Shown: in pieces, positions 1 to 11,809 of the stretch | How the letters are laid out: every line of letters begins with the position of its first letter | Numbering within the stretch: position 1 is the stretch's first letter | Origin: Vicugna vicugna | Lineage: Eukaryota | Length of the DNA stretch: 20,000 bases | Direction of reading: 5' to 3' | NCBI GenBank assembly: GCA_013265495.1 | Contig: MU057652.1 | Location: forward strand, 52,092-72,091 | Translations under genes and position numbers: made by a program | The notes under the pieces: generated by a model | Seen by the model: the letters and a program-made list of their open reading frames with translations, nothing else | Database searches by the model: none | What the model was told of the DNA's origin: nothing

Positions 1-870
1 ACAAACGGGCTTTTCCTTTTCAAGTGACAACTGGACAAAACGGATATTGTTTATTGAGTTTATTATAGGCAGATGCTTTATTTCTTCTAGGTTCCCAATT
101 TCAGTGTGCGTTACTCTCTTGTTCTGTATAACATTAATGTAGCATGCCACTGTTCTTTACAGACATTTTGAGTTATGTTAATGCTGCTTCCGTATTAGAA
201 TGTAACTGTTTGAAATCCCTACCCCCCCAAAACTCCACATTCTATCAACTGTGATATTATTCTTAAAACTACTCTTTATTCATGCAGGCGTGCTTTGATT
301 TGGGCATTGTCATGTGAGGTGCATTATAATTAAACATCACTTCTGCCATACGATGTCCTTGCAGACAAGTAGATATTGTGCATTACCAGAGAATGATAGA
401 AATTATTTTTCTCACTGATCTGCCTCTGTGTTCCTATAAAAGCACCCTCAGTGGGCATGGTGGAGCCCATTCTCTTCTGGTCTTCCTCCTGCCTCTCCTA
501 CTTTCCTCTTTTCTCCTCTGGCCTCCGCTTGGGTCTCCACAATGTCTTGTGGCTACAAACTGTAGTTCCAGACTTTCAAATGCTGCTCTGGGAGGACCCC
601 ATCCCGTCTTGCATAAGGATTAGTCATGGATATTCGGATCCTTTAGAGTTCAGATCTACTAGTCAAAACAAATTTGCTTCTTTTTGGTCAATATTAACCA
701 AAGACCCATCAAACGTAAATTTTGATTGAAGTTCACGTTACCTGGTTAATTCTTGTCAGGCACAAAGAAGGAATGAGCCAAGGTTGATGTCTATTCCTAC
801 TCATGTAATATATCCTGGTGCACGTAGACATGACTTATGTCATTAGAAATTCACTAAAATATATCAGTTA

Positions 871-1087
871 GAAGAAATTTGTTTTTTATTAACTACTATG
901 TATAAACTAGATTTAAAAAAATTTCTTCTGTACAGCCCAGGAAACTATATTCAATATCTTGTAGTAACTTATGATGAAAAGAATATAAAAAAGAATATAT
1001 ATGTATATGCATAATTGGGATATGATTCTGTACACCAGACATTGACACATTGTCATCAACTAAATTTCAATTAAAAAAAATATATAT
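871..1087 (+). mobile_element. 5'-truncated LINE-1 3' end with A/TA tail and 12-bp target-site duplication
   Basis: L1 3'UTR-like text (CTGTACAGCCCAGGAAACTATATTCAATATCTTGTAGTAAC...CTGTACACCAGACATTGACACATTGT...TTCAATTAAAAAAAA). Direct repeat ATATATCAGTTA at 859-870 and 1088-1099. Confidence 0.85.
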
Positions 1088-1289
1088 ATATATCAGTTAT
1101 TTCATCTTGTAACACTCATCAGGGATAATGTATCTCAAGAAAACTCCTGAATATGTCACGGGCTGTTCCTGCAAACAGATCACTACCACTGTCCAGTGGT
1201 CCATCGCAGGTGCTCAAGGATAATGGAATGGCTCCGCCACGGAGTTTGCAAAATACACAACCTCACCCACATGCTTGGTGATTCACGTC

Positions 1290-1390
1290 CGCCCCATGAT
1301 TCTTGAGGCTACATCTAATGGTTAGAACCGAAATGAAGTGTAGATCCTTGACCGCAAGGGAATCAGGAAAGCTGGCTTTTATTCCCAGAT
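1290..1390 (-). mobile_element. Possible ancient MaLR (MLT1-type) LTR fragment
   Basis: CATCTAATGGTTAGAACC...ACCGCAAGGGAATCAGGAAAGCTGGCTTTT resembles the reverse-strand MLT1 motif CATTGGCCAGAAC...CTGCAAGGGAGTCTGGGAAA. Highly diverged; boundaries uncertain. Confidence 0.35.
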
Positions 1391-2324
1391 CCTTAGAGTA
1401 AAATATCACTTCAATGCTTCACTAGGGTCCCATCGAATCTTTTAACTCCTGATCGGGTGAGTGTGGGAGGCTGATTTTTGCTGGGAGTCTGGTGGATGAG
1501 AATATGTGGTTTAACATAACGGTTATGATTCCTCACCGTGTGGAATTGTCTTTATTCAGATAATTTAATTCAATCTTAATGTCAACTGTATTTAAAAGCT
1601 CCAGGAGTGTTGGTTATTGGATGTTACACGGAGAGAAGAAAAAATAAATAAAAAGGACACAACAAACAAAGGAGAAAGACAAATTAACAAATTGTGTGAG
1701 ATCATAGCTGTGTTTGTTAGAATAATAATTCTCAGCCACTGTAGGTGTAGACGGCTGCATATTTTGAGAATTGGTCAAGAAAAAGGGCTTTTTAAAAGAG
1801 CTTGGAGTTCTTTCCTGTCAGCTTGCCCTAAGTGATTCCAAGTGATGCTGCTCATTAAGGTGCCTGGAAAAGATTGTTTTGGGAAAAAGGGAATTGACAT
1901 GATGAAATGGAATAAAATACACTGCACTCAATTTTCATTTCACAGCCATCATCCAAGCTGGGTAGTTGAGGATCTGAAAAGGTGGACAGAAGTCCTGCCT
2001 TTGACAAATAGGTCCCATTTTTTAAAATATGCTGTGCTCTCAAAGCCAGCAGCCCGGAAGATCGATGGCCACGCCTCCCACACAGCCTACACGGAATGAT
2101 TTTCATTAGATGGAATGCCATTTTAATCAATATTTCAAGACTTTTTGGAAAGTTTTTGCTGGACAGAAGAAACAGCTAACTGTGAAAGTCGGCTGCAATA
2201 ATTAAGTTTCTGGTCAAAAATGATACATTGGTTCTCCATTGAGATGACTCCGGGTGAGTCTTATGTTAACGGTAGAATTCGGATGCAGCTAGAATTTGAA
2301 TGCAGCCAATGTATGTGGTCCTTT

Positions 2325-2500
2325 GAAGAAAGCATCTCTGATTCTGAACTAGGGAAAAGGAGTTTGCACTCCTCAGTTTTGCCACAAGCATTGTCACAAT
2401 TCAGAAAATCTATGAATTTAAGAGCTCTGTCAATGTTTCAAGAAAACCGAAAAACTGCATAGCAGAACTCAGAGGGCTTGTGCAAATAAATAATATAATA
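2325..2500 (+). mobile_element. Highly diverged MIR SINE
   Basis: MIR-like order of segments: GAAAGCATCTCTGATTCTGAACTAGGG...TTTTGCCAC...CTCAGAGGGCTTGTGCAAATAAATAATATAAT. Confidence 0.4.
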
Positions 2501-3834
2501 ATTGAATCTAGAACTATTTACCAACCCCTTTACAACCCACCCCCATAAAAACTATTTTTTTTCTTTTTTACCAAAAAGGATTTAAAAGCGTTTCTATTTT
2601 TAAAAACCAATATTCTTTTGATTTTGTCATTGGTCCTACAAATATGTCTTGCTGCCTCTGAACAGTAAGGACAGTGACCCAGGAACAAAGCCCCAGTTCC
2701 TGAGACAATGGCTGATTTCTGTGGATCTGACACTATCTCTTCTCCATAAAGACCCTGTTTCTTAGCTTAGGGGGTGCAGTTGAGGTGGGTAATCTCCCCA
2801 CAAAGTCAGACATATAAATGAGACAACACAAATTGAAATGTTACCTAAGGGCCACCAAAGATAAACCAAACGTTGCTATAGTAAACCAAACATGAAGTAA
2901 TTGATGAAATAATTTTCTTCCAAAAAAAAAAACAACCCTCATTCATTCATCAATCTCATCCCATCACTAAATTGTAGGAAAGAGTTAGTATTCCTTAACA
3001 CACTGCATCCTATGTTATATGTGTTCGATTTGAAGAAAAAGGTTTAGAAGAAAGTACTGGAAAGAACAGATTGCACCTTTTACATAGAAGATTTTTTTAA
3101 GGAATATATTCCATGTGTCAAATATTTAGGAGAAAACTGTGGAAAATATGACGTGATCTGTTCCACGAGACTGCTATCTCTTATAGATGGTGACAGACTC
3201 TTAAAAAAAATCAATTAAAATGTGATAAACATTTGCCTACTTGCAGGAAAAAATACATATGTATGCAGTCATTCATGTTTTTACACTGTTGTTTCCATGA
3301 GTACGCTGGAAATTCAGCATCCATGCCTTCCTGTGATGGAGGGACTCCAGGCCACATGCATATGCACTCAGCTTCTACACACACACACTCAGTGCTCCTT
3401 GGCATCCTATGTTATTGCAACGGTGATTTAATATTTAAAATAGCAAACTTCCTGGGAATTCTGGTTGCTTTTAAGAAGGTGCTAACCTAGCAGCAGTTTC
3501 TACTACTTGTCAGAAATTTTTTGAAAAGTAAGATCACCAAATTGTCATATTGAATAAAGAGTTACATTTAACAAGAAAAAGTTAATGTGGTAGGAAGCTG
3601 ATAAAGAAAAAAACAATGAATTACTTAGTTACATCTAAATTTTAAAATGATATCCAACTCTCATAAAAATATAAATGAAGAAGAGTCTCATCAGTGGATT
3701 ATGAAGTCGTGCCAAGAGATTTTATTTGTCAGCTATGTGTTTATCACCTGTCTTGTGTCTTGTAAAGTTCTAAGTCTGTGGATGGAGAGACAATTGTGCC
3801 ATGGAAACTACTCCCCAAAACACACAATATAACA

Positions 3835-4603
3835 CAGAAACAGACAGCAATACGATTATAATGGGGACTTCAATAACAAACTTGTGATGATGGATAGAGT
3901 AATAAGACAAGAAATCAATAAGGAGATATTGCACTTGAACCACACATTAGTTTAGTAACAAGAAACATAAAAGAACATTGCATTCAATAGTAGCAGAAGA
4001 CACATTCTTCTCAAGCACACAGGGAACATTCACTAGAATAGATCATACCTTAGGCCACAAATCTCAAGAAATTTAAAGCTATTGAAATTACATAAAGCTT
4101 CTTTTCCGACTACAGCAGAATGAGGCTAGAAATCCGTTACAAAGAAAAACAAGAAATTTTACATGTAGGTGGAAATAAACAAGGTGCTCCCAAGCAACCA
4201 ATGGTTAAAGAAGAAATAAAAAGGGAAATTGAAAAAAAATCATCTTGAGACAAACAAAAATGAAAACACAACATATCAAAAGTTAAAAAAAGCAAAAGCA
4301 ATTTCAAGAGGGAAGATTACAGCAGTAAACACCTACATTAAGGAAAAAAAGTCAGATCTCATAAAAACGACTCAGAATTAGTAAAAGAAAAGGGAAAAAA
4401 GATTAGAGCAAAAAGAAAAATGAGAGACTAAAAAAAGGAATAAAAAATTTCAGTGAAATTAACCGCTATTTTTGAAAAGATAAATAGAATTGAGAAACCT
4501 TTAGCTAGACTAAGAATAAACAAGAGAAGGTTCAAATAAGTAAAAATAAATGAAAGAGGAGATATGAGAATTGATAACACAAAAATACTAAGGGTCACAA
4601 AAG
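3835..4603 (+). mobile_element. Decayed LINE-1 ORF2 fragment (C-terminal endonuclease domain and following linker)
   Basis: Translates to L1 EN motifs: NTIIMGDFN (GDFN at 3864-3875), TFFSSTQGTFTRIDHTLGHK (RIDH at 4035-4046) and FSDY (SDH equivalent, ~4102-4113). Followed by A-rich ORF2 text (…LETNKNENTTYQ…; …FEKINRIEKPLARL…). Multiple frameshifts and stops. Confidence 0.9.
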
Positions 4604-4868
4604 TTTGGTAAAAGTGTCAACTCCGTTACAAGATGAATAGTCTGCGAATCTGATGTCTGGCATGTTGAATACGGCTGAAACACTATATTGTATAATTGAA
4701 ATGTTCTCAAGCATGAAAAAACAGTTTTTAGGTGATAGATGCTTTAATTAACTTGACTGTGGGAATCCTTTCACAATGTATACATATATCAAATCATCAC
4801 GTAGTTGCGTGTTAAATGTATGACAATTTTTTGTCACATATGCCTTAATAAAGCAAAAGTAAAAAAAT
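4604..4868 (+). mobile_element. LINE-1 3'UTR end (L1MA9/L1MA10-like)
   Basis: TTGGTAAAAGTGTCAACTCCGTTACAAGATGAATAG...GGTGATAGATGCTTTAATTAACTTGACTGTGGGAATCCTTTCACAATGTATACATATATCAAATCATCACG...CCTTAATAAAGC followed by an A-tail. Confidence 0.85.
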
Positions 4869-5719
4869 CTAAAATTCTAGTGAAACTTGACTGTAATGGA
4901 ATTAACTCTGCTAGTAAAGTACCTATGGAATGGCACATTTATGAACCTAGAATGTGTAGTGCTAATTGTAAGGCCAAAACATTGAGAAAATCTTAATTAA
5001 CGGAGCAATTTTAACTACCCGATGGCATATCTATACAGATTTCTAAGAATTTCTAAAGAAATACAATGGGCATGCTCCAAGAATAATAGCTCTATTTACA
5101 CATAGCATATAAAGTATAACAAGATATACCTTCGTATCTATTTTATGTATGCATGCATCTCTGAAATATCGGTCTTGAAAATCCAAAACTTGCTTGAAGC
5201 AAACGTAGTGCTATGGTTTTGTCTTGTGAATTTTGTCAATTTGTATTTGCTCTATTAAGTCATCAGTAATATGACCTAAACCAAAAAGGGAAAAGAATGA
5301 AAGATGGAGACGAGAGGGGTTTATTTTATAAAATTAACGTCTCCAGTATGATTTTAAATTTGGTTGAAGGGTCTTATGCCTTTCTGTAGAATATCTTAGG
5401 TAGTAATCTCCATCGCTCTCTTTTAATAAAAATTTTTAATGGATTTTAAAGTGTTTTCAATTTAAAGGAAAAAATTTTAAAAAAACTTTAGAGAAGTCAA
5501 GACAAGAAAATATGCAAGGAGTGGTAACCATTACCTTTTAAAGATCTGTGTCTTCTTCCTACATCCATTAAACTATTTATCCGCTGCTCTTAGCTTCAAG
5601 GGAAATCAAGAAAGTTATCATGCTTTACAAAATCAAGATCTTGAGAATAAAACATCAGAAGAAGTTGATATCAGCTTGGAAAATAGCAGTTTCTACCACA
5701 TCTCCACAAAGTTTTAGCC

Positions 5720-5741
5720 CACACACAGACACACACACACA
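5720..5741. repeat. Interrupted (CA)n microsatellite
   Basis: CACACACAGACACACACACACA read directly. Confidence 0.8.
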
Positions 5742-6292
5742 GTCGATGGCCCCTCATTGACTTACCCAACTGGATCGCTTACCATTTGACAGCGTATAGA
5801 AATATTTTCAATTTTCCATTGGAGAACAGACTTCAGAATGCATTCTACCAAGTCTTTATCTTTACAGCAAAAACTTCTTTTGTAAAATATTTCTTTTCCC
5901 ATTTTATTTAGTCATTTATGAAGATGTCAATGATAGGACATAGGACTTCCTCTGTGTCACTTAAAAAAAAAAGGAATTGATACCAGAAACATATTGGAAA
6001 TAAAAACAATAAAAACCTGGCTGTAAAAGAATCATTTCTTTTGACTGAAGGTAACTGATTATGGGTCTCAGAACATGGAAAAATGATCAAATGAGATTAG
6101 TGGCGTGATACAAACACACATTCATCTTTACCTGAAAAAAGATGAATTAGGAAACTCACTCAAATGAGAAATGCGATATTTTAGAACTCGTGATTAACAG
6201 TCTATGCTAAGCATTTTCTTGCAAATAAACAGTTTTTGTGCAGAGACGTGCGTGGACTCGGATTGCCTCTAATATTTGTCTTAATTCTGTAG

Positions 6293-6322
6293 GTTTCTGG
6301 AACTTCTTCAGCAGTGCTGGGC
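6293..6322 (+). other. Candidate 30-nt microexon
   Basis: Branch-like CTCTAAT (6267-6273), pyrimidine-rich TTTGTCTTAATTCTGTAG acceptor, 30 nt with no stop in any frame, and a GTAAGA donor at 6323. No host gene recognised. Confidence 0.3.
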
Positions 6323-7642
6323 GTAAGAAAGGAAAACACACATTTTTTTTGAATGATTAGCATGTGGGAGGAATTCTTACACGCATAACTTTGACTAACA
6401 ATCGCAGAGACTTTGAGAAATAAGCATTTTTCTTCTCTTGCCACTGGTAACTTTGTCACCAAAACTGCTCATAATGACATGGTAACAACTCAGTTGAACT
6501 GAAGTTAAACCAAAGCAGTCAGCTCTTCTGAGATGTCACACATCAGCTCAGGGAAGATTTGACAATAATTTGACAATTTTAGTGGTATCAGGGTTTAATT
6601 TATTTTAAAGAAGATATTCTATTTCATTTAAAAATATTCCCTTTTTAGTGTGTGTGAAAGAATACTTTTTTTAAAAATTAACTTTCCTTGTCTATTATAC
6701 CATCAACACAGGTCTATTTTTTGGGTTAAGGAATCTCTGAAAGATTCTGAGTAGTTTGGAAAATACTTTTTTCTTCCGTGGACCTTTTGAAATTGTATTT
6801 TAAAGAGTAAACTGTCTTCCATTTTGAGCAAGACTCATTATGTCTCAAGCAGCTCTTTTCTGTCCGGCCAGGGGTAGTTTATTAGCATCTCACAGAGAGA
6901 CGTGGGGGAGATGGCTGTGTTAATTCGGGCCTCTTTGTGTCATGAAATAATTACTGTTGCAAAACACCAGCAGGTGTTAAAAGAGCAGGATTAATTTGTA
7001 AGAGTTGAATGGCATCATTCCAAATGGCTTATTAAACGCTAATTAGATTTCAGATTGTGTGACTCTCCACACACTTATGTCTGGTTGGGAAAGTTGAAGC
7101 ATCTCCCTTCTCTGTGATGGAGGTGACAGAGTTCGCATTTTAATTTTCATAGGTGACCGTTTATCAAATGAAATCAGAATGGAGATCTCCAGCGTCATGT
7201 TTCAGAGAGTGAAGAGTGGGTTCAAATCTTCCTATTTTCAGTGGCCTGAGCCAATTAAGCGAGTGTACAATTCCTTGATCTGCTCTTTGTGATTCAAAGC
7301 ATTTATGTAATGAGATGACTTCAGATGTATTGTTGAGTAAGAAATATTCCTGGGCTGAAAAGGACTTTTCAAGAGTGGTCAACACCATCACTTAATAAAC
7401 CCCACATTTTAGCTTTAAAAATTTAGGCAGCAAAAATGTTTTATTTATGCATTAGTTAAAAGAGAGCTATAGTTTTAAGCTGATGTGATGATTGTAAAGA
7501 CCTCAGAGGCATGATTGTAACCATATATAACATCTTTTGAAAAGATTTAGTATTGAATGCAAGTCAAAGGTAATAGGAGATACAGGACAAAATAACATTA
7601 CGTTCTGAACTGGCCAACGAGCATTGCCATGATTTTAAAATG

Positions 7643-7905
7643 TAAAACAAAATAAGATAAGATAAGGTAAGATAAGGTAAGATAAGATACGATAAAATTA
7701 AAATAAAATAAAATAAAATAAAATAAAATAAAATAAAAAAAAAATAAAAATAAAAAAAAAAAAAAAAAAATAAAATAATAAAAAAAAATAAAGTAAAATA
7801 AAAAAAAATAAAAATAAAGTAAAATAAAATAAAGTAAATAAAATAAAATAAATAAAATAAAATAAAGTAAAATAAAATAAAATAAAATAAAATATAAAAT
7901 GAAAT
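7643..7905. repeat. Compound A-rich microsatellite (AAGAT/AAGGT)n-(AAAAT)n with poly-A core and AAAGT variants
   Basis: Direct reading of pentamer units over ~260 bp, with a ~19-nt A run at ~7752-7770. Confidence 0.95.
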
Positions 7906-8599
7906 CAAAACAGAAGAACACTGAACGTCAACTAAAGGAGCAACCTTCACAGACAAAATTCATTTCATCTTTACTCTCTAAATGTACTGGGGCAGATCGG
8001 AAGGTAAGATTCCTCTGAATTCCTAATAATGTGTTTCTGTCTGGACTTCTGTGCCTGCACCTGCCTCCTTATGACTCTTCACCTCCCACGTGATGTTCCC
8101 TTGAGCTGCTAAGTCACGCTGGAACCAGACAAAGGGAAATAAATTCTCATCACCGTATACATTTATCAAAATGTCCTATGATACCTTGGACCAAGCAGAA
8201 GAATGAATAAAAGCTCTCTGTTAAATCTCGCTCCTGTCTAATCTGTCCCTCTGCCGTCATGAACGTACGCGATAGAGGGCAGTCCAGACATGCACCTGGG
8301 GACCGTGTTTGATGGGAAAGGACTGTCCCCTTTGCACCATAACATAGGGTCACAAGATAAACAACAGCCTGTCTTTATAAGATCCTTATATTCTGTTCAC
8401 CATAGACACTTTTATGAATTTTGTCTTTCTGTCTTAAAATATTGCACACATGATTTATCTGGAATATTGATTTTTTTTAATCCCCTTAAATTTCGCTCCC
8501 GAGGCAAATATGTGCCTCGCTCTCCTCACCCTTATCGCAGCCCTGATTTTCAAATTTCATACATACTCTATGTTTGACCTCACACAAGGTAGGTTTTTT

Positions 8600-8853
8600 T
8601 ATTTTTCCATCTCTTTTCACACTCATTCTCAGATTACCCCATGAAAGTCTCCTCTTCAGTCAGGGGTCAGCAAAGATATGACCTCTGAAATTGCATCATT
8701 GATTTATTGATTTGCTGGTTTATTATTGATCCCCACACCTCCCCCTCTGTCCTGAAAAAGCAAGTTCCATCAAAGTAGGAACTCTGTCTGTCCCACCTCT
8801 GTTAGCTGTCCTGGCGCATCATGGGTTCTCAGAGACTATGGGCTGAATGAATA
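8600..8853 (+). mobile_element. LINE-2 3' end
   Basis: CATTCTCAGATTACCCCATGAAAGTCTCCTCTTCAG...GATTTATTGATTTGCTGGTTTATT...AAGTTCCATCAAAGTAGGAACTCTGTCTGTC...CCTGGCGCATCATGGGTTCTCAG...GCTGAATGAAT follows the L2 terminal architecture ending in GAAT repeats. Confidence 0.65.
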
Positions 8854-11059
8854 ACAGTGTGGGGCTTTGTTGGGGGGGAGGCACGGGACATGCAGTTTTC
8901 TGGAAAAAAAGAAGATAAATTTGGTTATCATTTCCCTGGAAATGTATCATTTATCAATCAATTTATTCAACCAAGGAAGAGAAAAATGGAAATTCTGTGT
9001 GTCTACCATCACGCATTACGGTGAAGGGCTAAACCACTGTTAATATGGGTTGAAAAAGTTTGGGGACAATGAAAGCAAACTATGACTCATGGTGACCTAT
9101 TTCTAAGAGAGTAAGTGGGAAGCAAGATGACAGAACAGCTATATTTCTATCTCCAATAAAAACATAATATTGGATGATGGAATGTTGCAGGCGCTCTTTT
9201 GTCTACTGCCTAGACTAAATTTTATTAACTGCATGATCTGTCCAATTGGCTGTGCAAAAATCAATTGTGAAAAGACTCCTGAAAGCATTGATCACGTGAA
9301 AAATGGCCCCGCGGCGACATACAACAGTGCCCAGAGTCTTAGTCCACAAAAGCACAATCAAGATGTAAAATGGAAACTTTCTAAAGATCTAATGGGAAAG
9401 TAAAAATAGCTTAATAATGAAAAATGTGCAGCCAACGTGTCTTATGCTTTGGCTTTACTTTTCAGTTCAGTTTTTATGGTGAAATAGACAATATTCTCTG
9501 TAAGATCACTAACCAAGCATTTCGAAATAGAATTCTATTTTAAACCCTGTTTGGCTAATCAATATTATCTGTTGGCTCTTTGACTCAGAAACAGCCCAAA
9601 ACTCATGGGGAGACAGCACGTACCACTGCAAAGACTGGTGTAGTGGGTTTGATTCCCCAAATCTTGCTTATGTCATGAAAATTAAACATCACAGTTCATG
9701 AATAATGGTAACCTTGTCAACATAAATTTATGCTCTTGGCTAAGTTGTAGGTGTCTTTAGTTCGTGTGACTTTGATGGCCCAGTATTTAATACTTCTACT
9801 TCAAAATGCAACTCCAATTCTTTTCAGGGCTTGATTTCTACACTCAGGTTATTGACAGCATGAGTTACTCCAAATACTTGTATAATTAGATGACAATGAA
9901 GTGAGTCTACATTAATCTATTGCATAGCGTCTTGTATGGTGTTTTGTTGGCTGCAGGTGTTTCGTTACTGTTTATTTTAGTTTTGCTGTAGTTGCGAAAA
10001 GTTTTCGCCTAGAATTTTTACTGTCTCAATTGCGACCCTAATTCCTTGCTGGAAAATCAGTGAATCTGTCCCAAAACGACTATATTGTCTACCTGCGCTC
10101 TTTACCTAACTACACAGAAACATTAGTAACTTACAGAAAGGTACAAAACTTTGAATTTAATATTATCATTTTAGAATGAAGCATTGTTTTTTATGTGGAT
10201 GTGTCTAACCCAGGTCTGCAATTAATCAAGTAAGTCCATGTCAAGGAACTGTGTAAACGTATAAATCTCTTCAAAATTCATCCATAACCCTAACATAATT
10301 TCATTAATAATATTTCTACCACCAGGCAGTATGATTTTAATGTTCATTTTTAAAATAGAGTGTTTGAACTGTACTTTCTAATAAAATAACTGCTAGCTCC
10401 TTGTGGCTGTCAAGCACTTAAAATATGAGTAGTCTGCATATTCAGACACACACAATAACTGTGTATATAGTAAGTGTAAAATACACTCCAGATTTGTCTT
10501 GTACCCAAAAAGGGCATGAAATATCTGATTGAAATTTTTATGTCAATTACAAATTGAAAAAAATTATTATTTAAAATACACATAGTTAACATTTAATATT
10601 AATATTTCCTTTTTTTAACTTTTACATTCATTGTAACATTCCCTTTTACTTTTTTAATATTTCATTGTACTTTTTACATATCATTAACATTCATTTTAAC
10701 ATTTGCTTTTTGTGACTAGGGTAAAATTTAGAATTGCATATGTGTTTTGGGTTCTATATTTATAGGACAGTACGGGGGTAGATTGACCATAGACAACAGA
10801 AATGGATTTGAATCTTCATATTTTGAGACAGATGATAAAGTAACAACATGAAACAATGTAGAAATGGCAGAATCGCTTGGTTATTTAACTAAAACAATAA
10901 CCTAGGGATAAACTCTAGTGTATGTGTGAGAAAATCCTATTTTAATACAGTAGGGCAGTGTTTCAGGTTTATCAATTTTATCATAATGGGGTATCAATTT
11001 ATTAACTGTTTATTAATACATTTATCCCATCTTTTTAATCTTTTGATTTATACCCTCAA

Positions 11060-11780
11060 CAGTCATAACATTAATAGTAAAAAATAATATTGATAAATTA
11101 AAACACGTGAAAATTACCAGCTGTCTTTGTCTGCTATCCCGCCATACAGAACACCACAGTTTGCACAGATTATAAAGCAGAAATTTATTTTCTCATTGGT
11201 TTTGGAGATGACTGGGTCCAAGATTAAGGTCCAATGGGATTTAATTTCTGGTGAGAGCTCTCCTCCTGGCTTGAAGGCAGTCACCTTCTTCCTGTGTCTT
11301 CACAAGGTGGAAAAAGAAAGAGACAGAGAGACAGAGGTAGAGAAGGTTCTCTAGTGTCTGTTCTCATAAGAAGACTGATCCTATCAGATCTGGGTCTCAC
11401 CTTTATAACCTCATTTAACCTGAATTAATTTATTATAGGTCCTTATCTCCAAATCCAGCCACATTGGGCACTAAGGCTTTATATGAACTTAGGGAGAGTG
11501 GAACACAATTCAGTCCACAGCACCAGCTTTATGAAAAATTGGTGTAGTAATAAAAAGGCAAATGGGAAATCATAAACAAAAATCATTTCTAGCAATATTA
11601 TAGGAAACATATAAAAGAAAAACTGCCCCTAATATATGAGCTAATTAATAAGGAAAAGGTAATGAGGGAAATAAAAAATGTTCACAAGCCACTATTGGCA
11701 CTCACATTAGTATAATTGATCTGGAGGGTAATTGGTAATAAAACAGGAAATCTAAAATTGTGTGTCTAAAAGTTGAATAT
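11060..11780 (+). mobile_element. Ancient L1 (L1ME-like) ORF2 3' fragment, interrupted by the MLT1A LTR
   Basis: ATTGATAAATTAAAACACGTGAAAATTA before the LTR; CCCTAATATATGAGCT…AATAAGGAAAAG and CACTATTGGCACTCACATTAGTATAATTGATCTGGAGGGTAATTGGTAATA after it. Both resemble consecutive L1 ORF2 C-terminal segments. Confidence 0.5.
11122..11522 (-). mobile_element. Solo MaLR LTR, MLT1A/MLT1A0-like, full length (401 bp)
   Basis: Minus strand starts TGCTGTGGACTGAATTGTGTTCC…GGATTTGGAGATAAGGACC…GGTTAAATGAGGTTATAAAGGTGAGACCC and ends …GACA (TG…CA termini). Perfect 5-bp TSD CCAGC at 11117-11121 and 11523-11527. Confidence 0.9.
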
Positions 11781-11809
11781 TTTACTTAATGTAAAATAGT
11801 TCATAGTCA

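Noticed and set aside
2863..2892. Short direct repeat TAAACCAAAC x2 (similarly ATTTGACAAT x2 at ~6557-6577)
   Set aside because: Only two short copies, typical slippage duplications. Not a CRISPR-like or regular array.
7136..7292. Acceptor-like TTTTAATTTTCATAG followed by a ~45-codon open frame
   Set aside because: The peptide is not recognisable and there is no convincing donor or other support.
7564..7956. Longest ORFs (130 aa and 107 aa, F/Y/I/L-rich, membrane-protein-like)
   Set aside because: They are translations of the antisense (ATTTT)n microsatellite, not genes.
10250..10960. Possible additional MIR relics (~10250-10370 antisense, ~10765-10830 sense)
   Set aside because: Similarity is too weak to support by eye; needs an HMM search.
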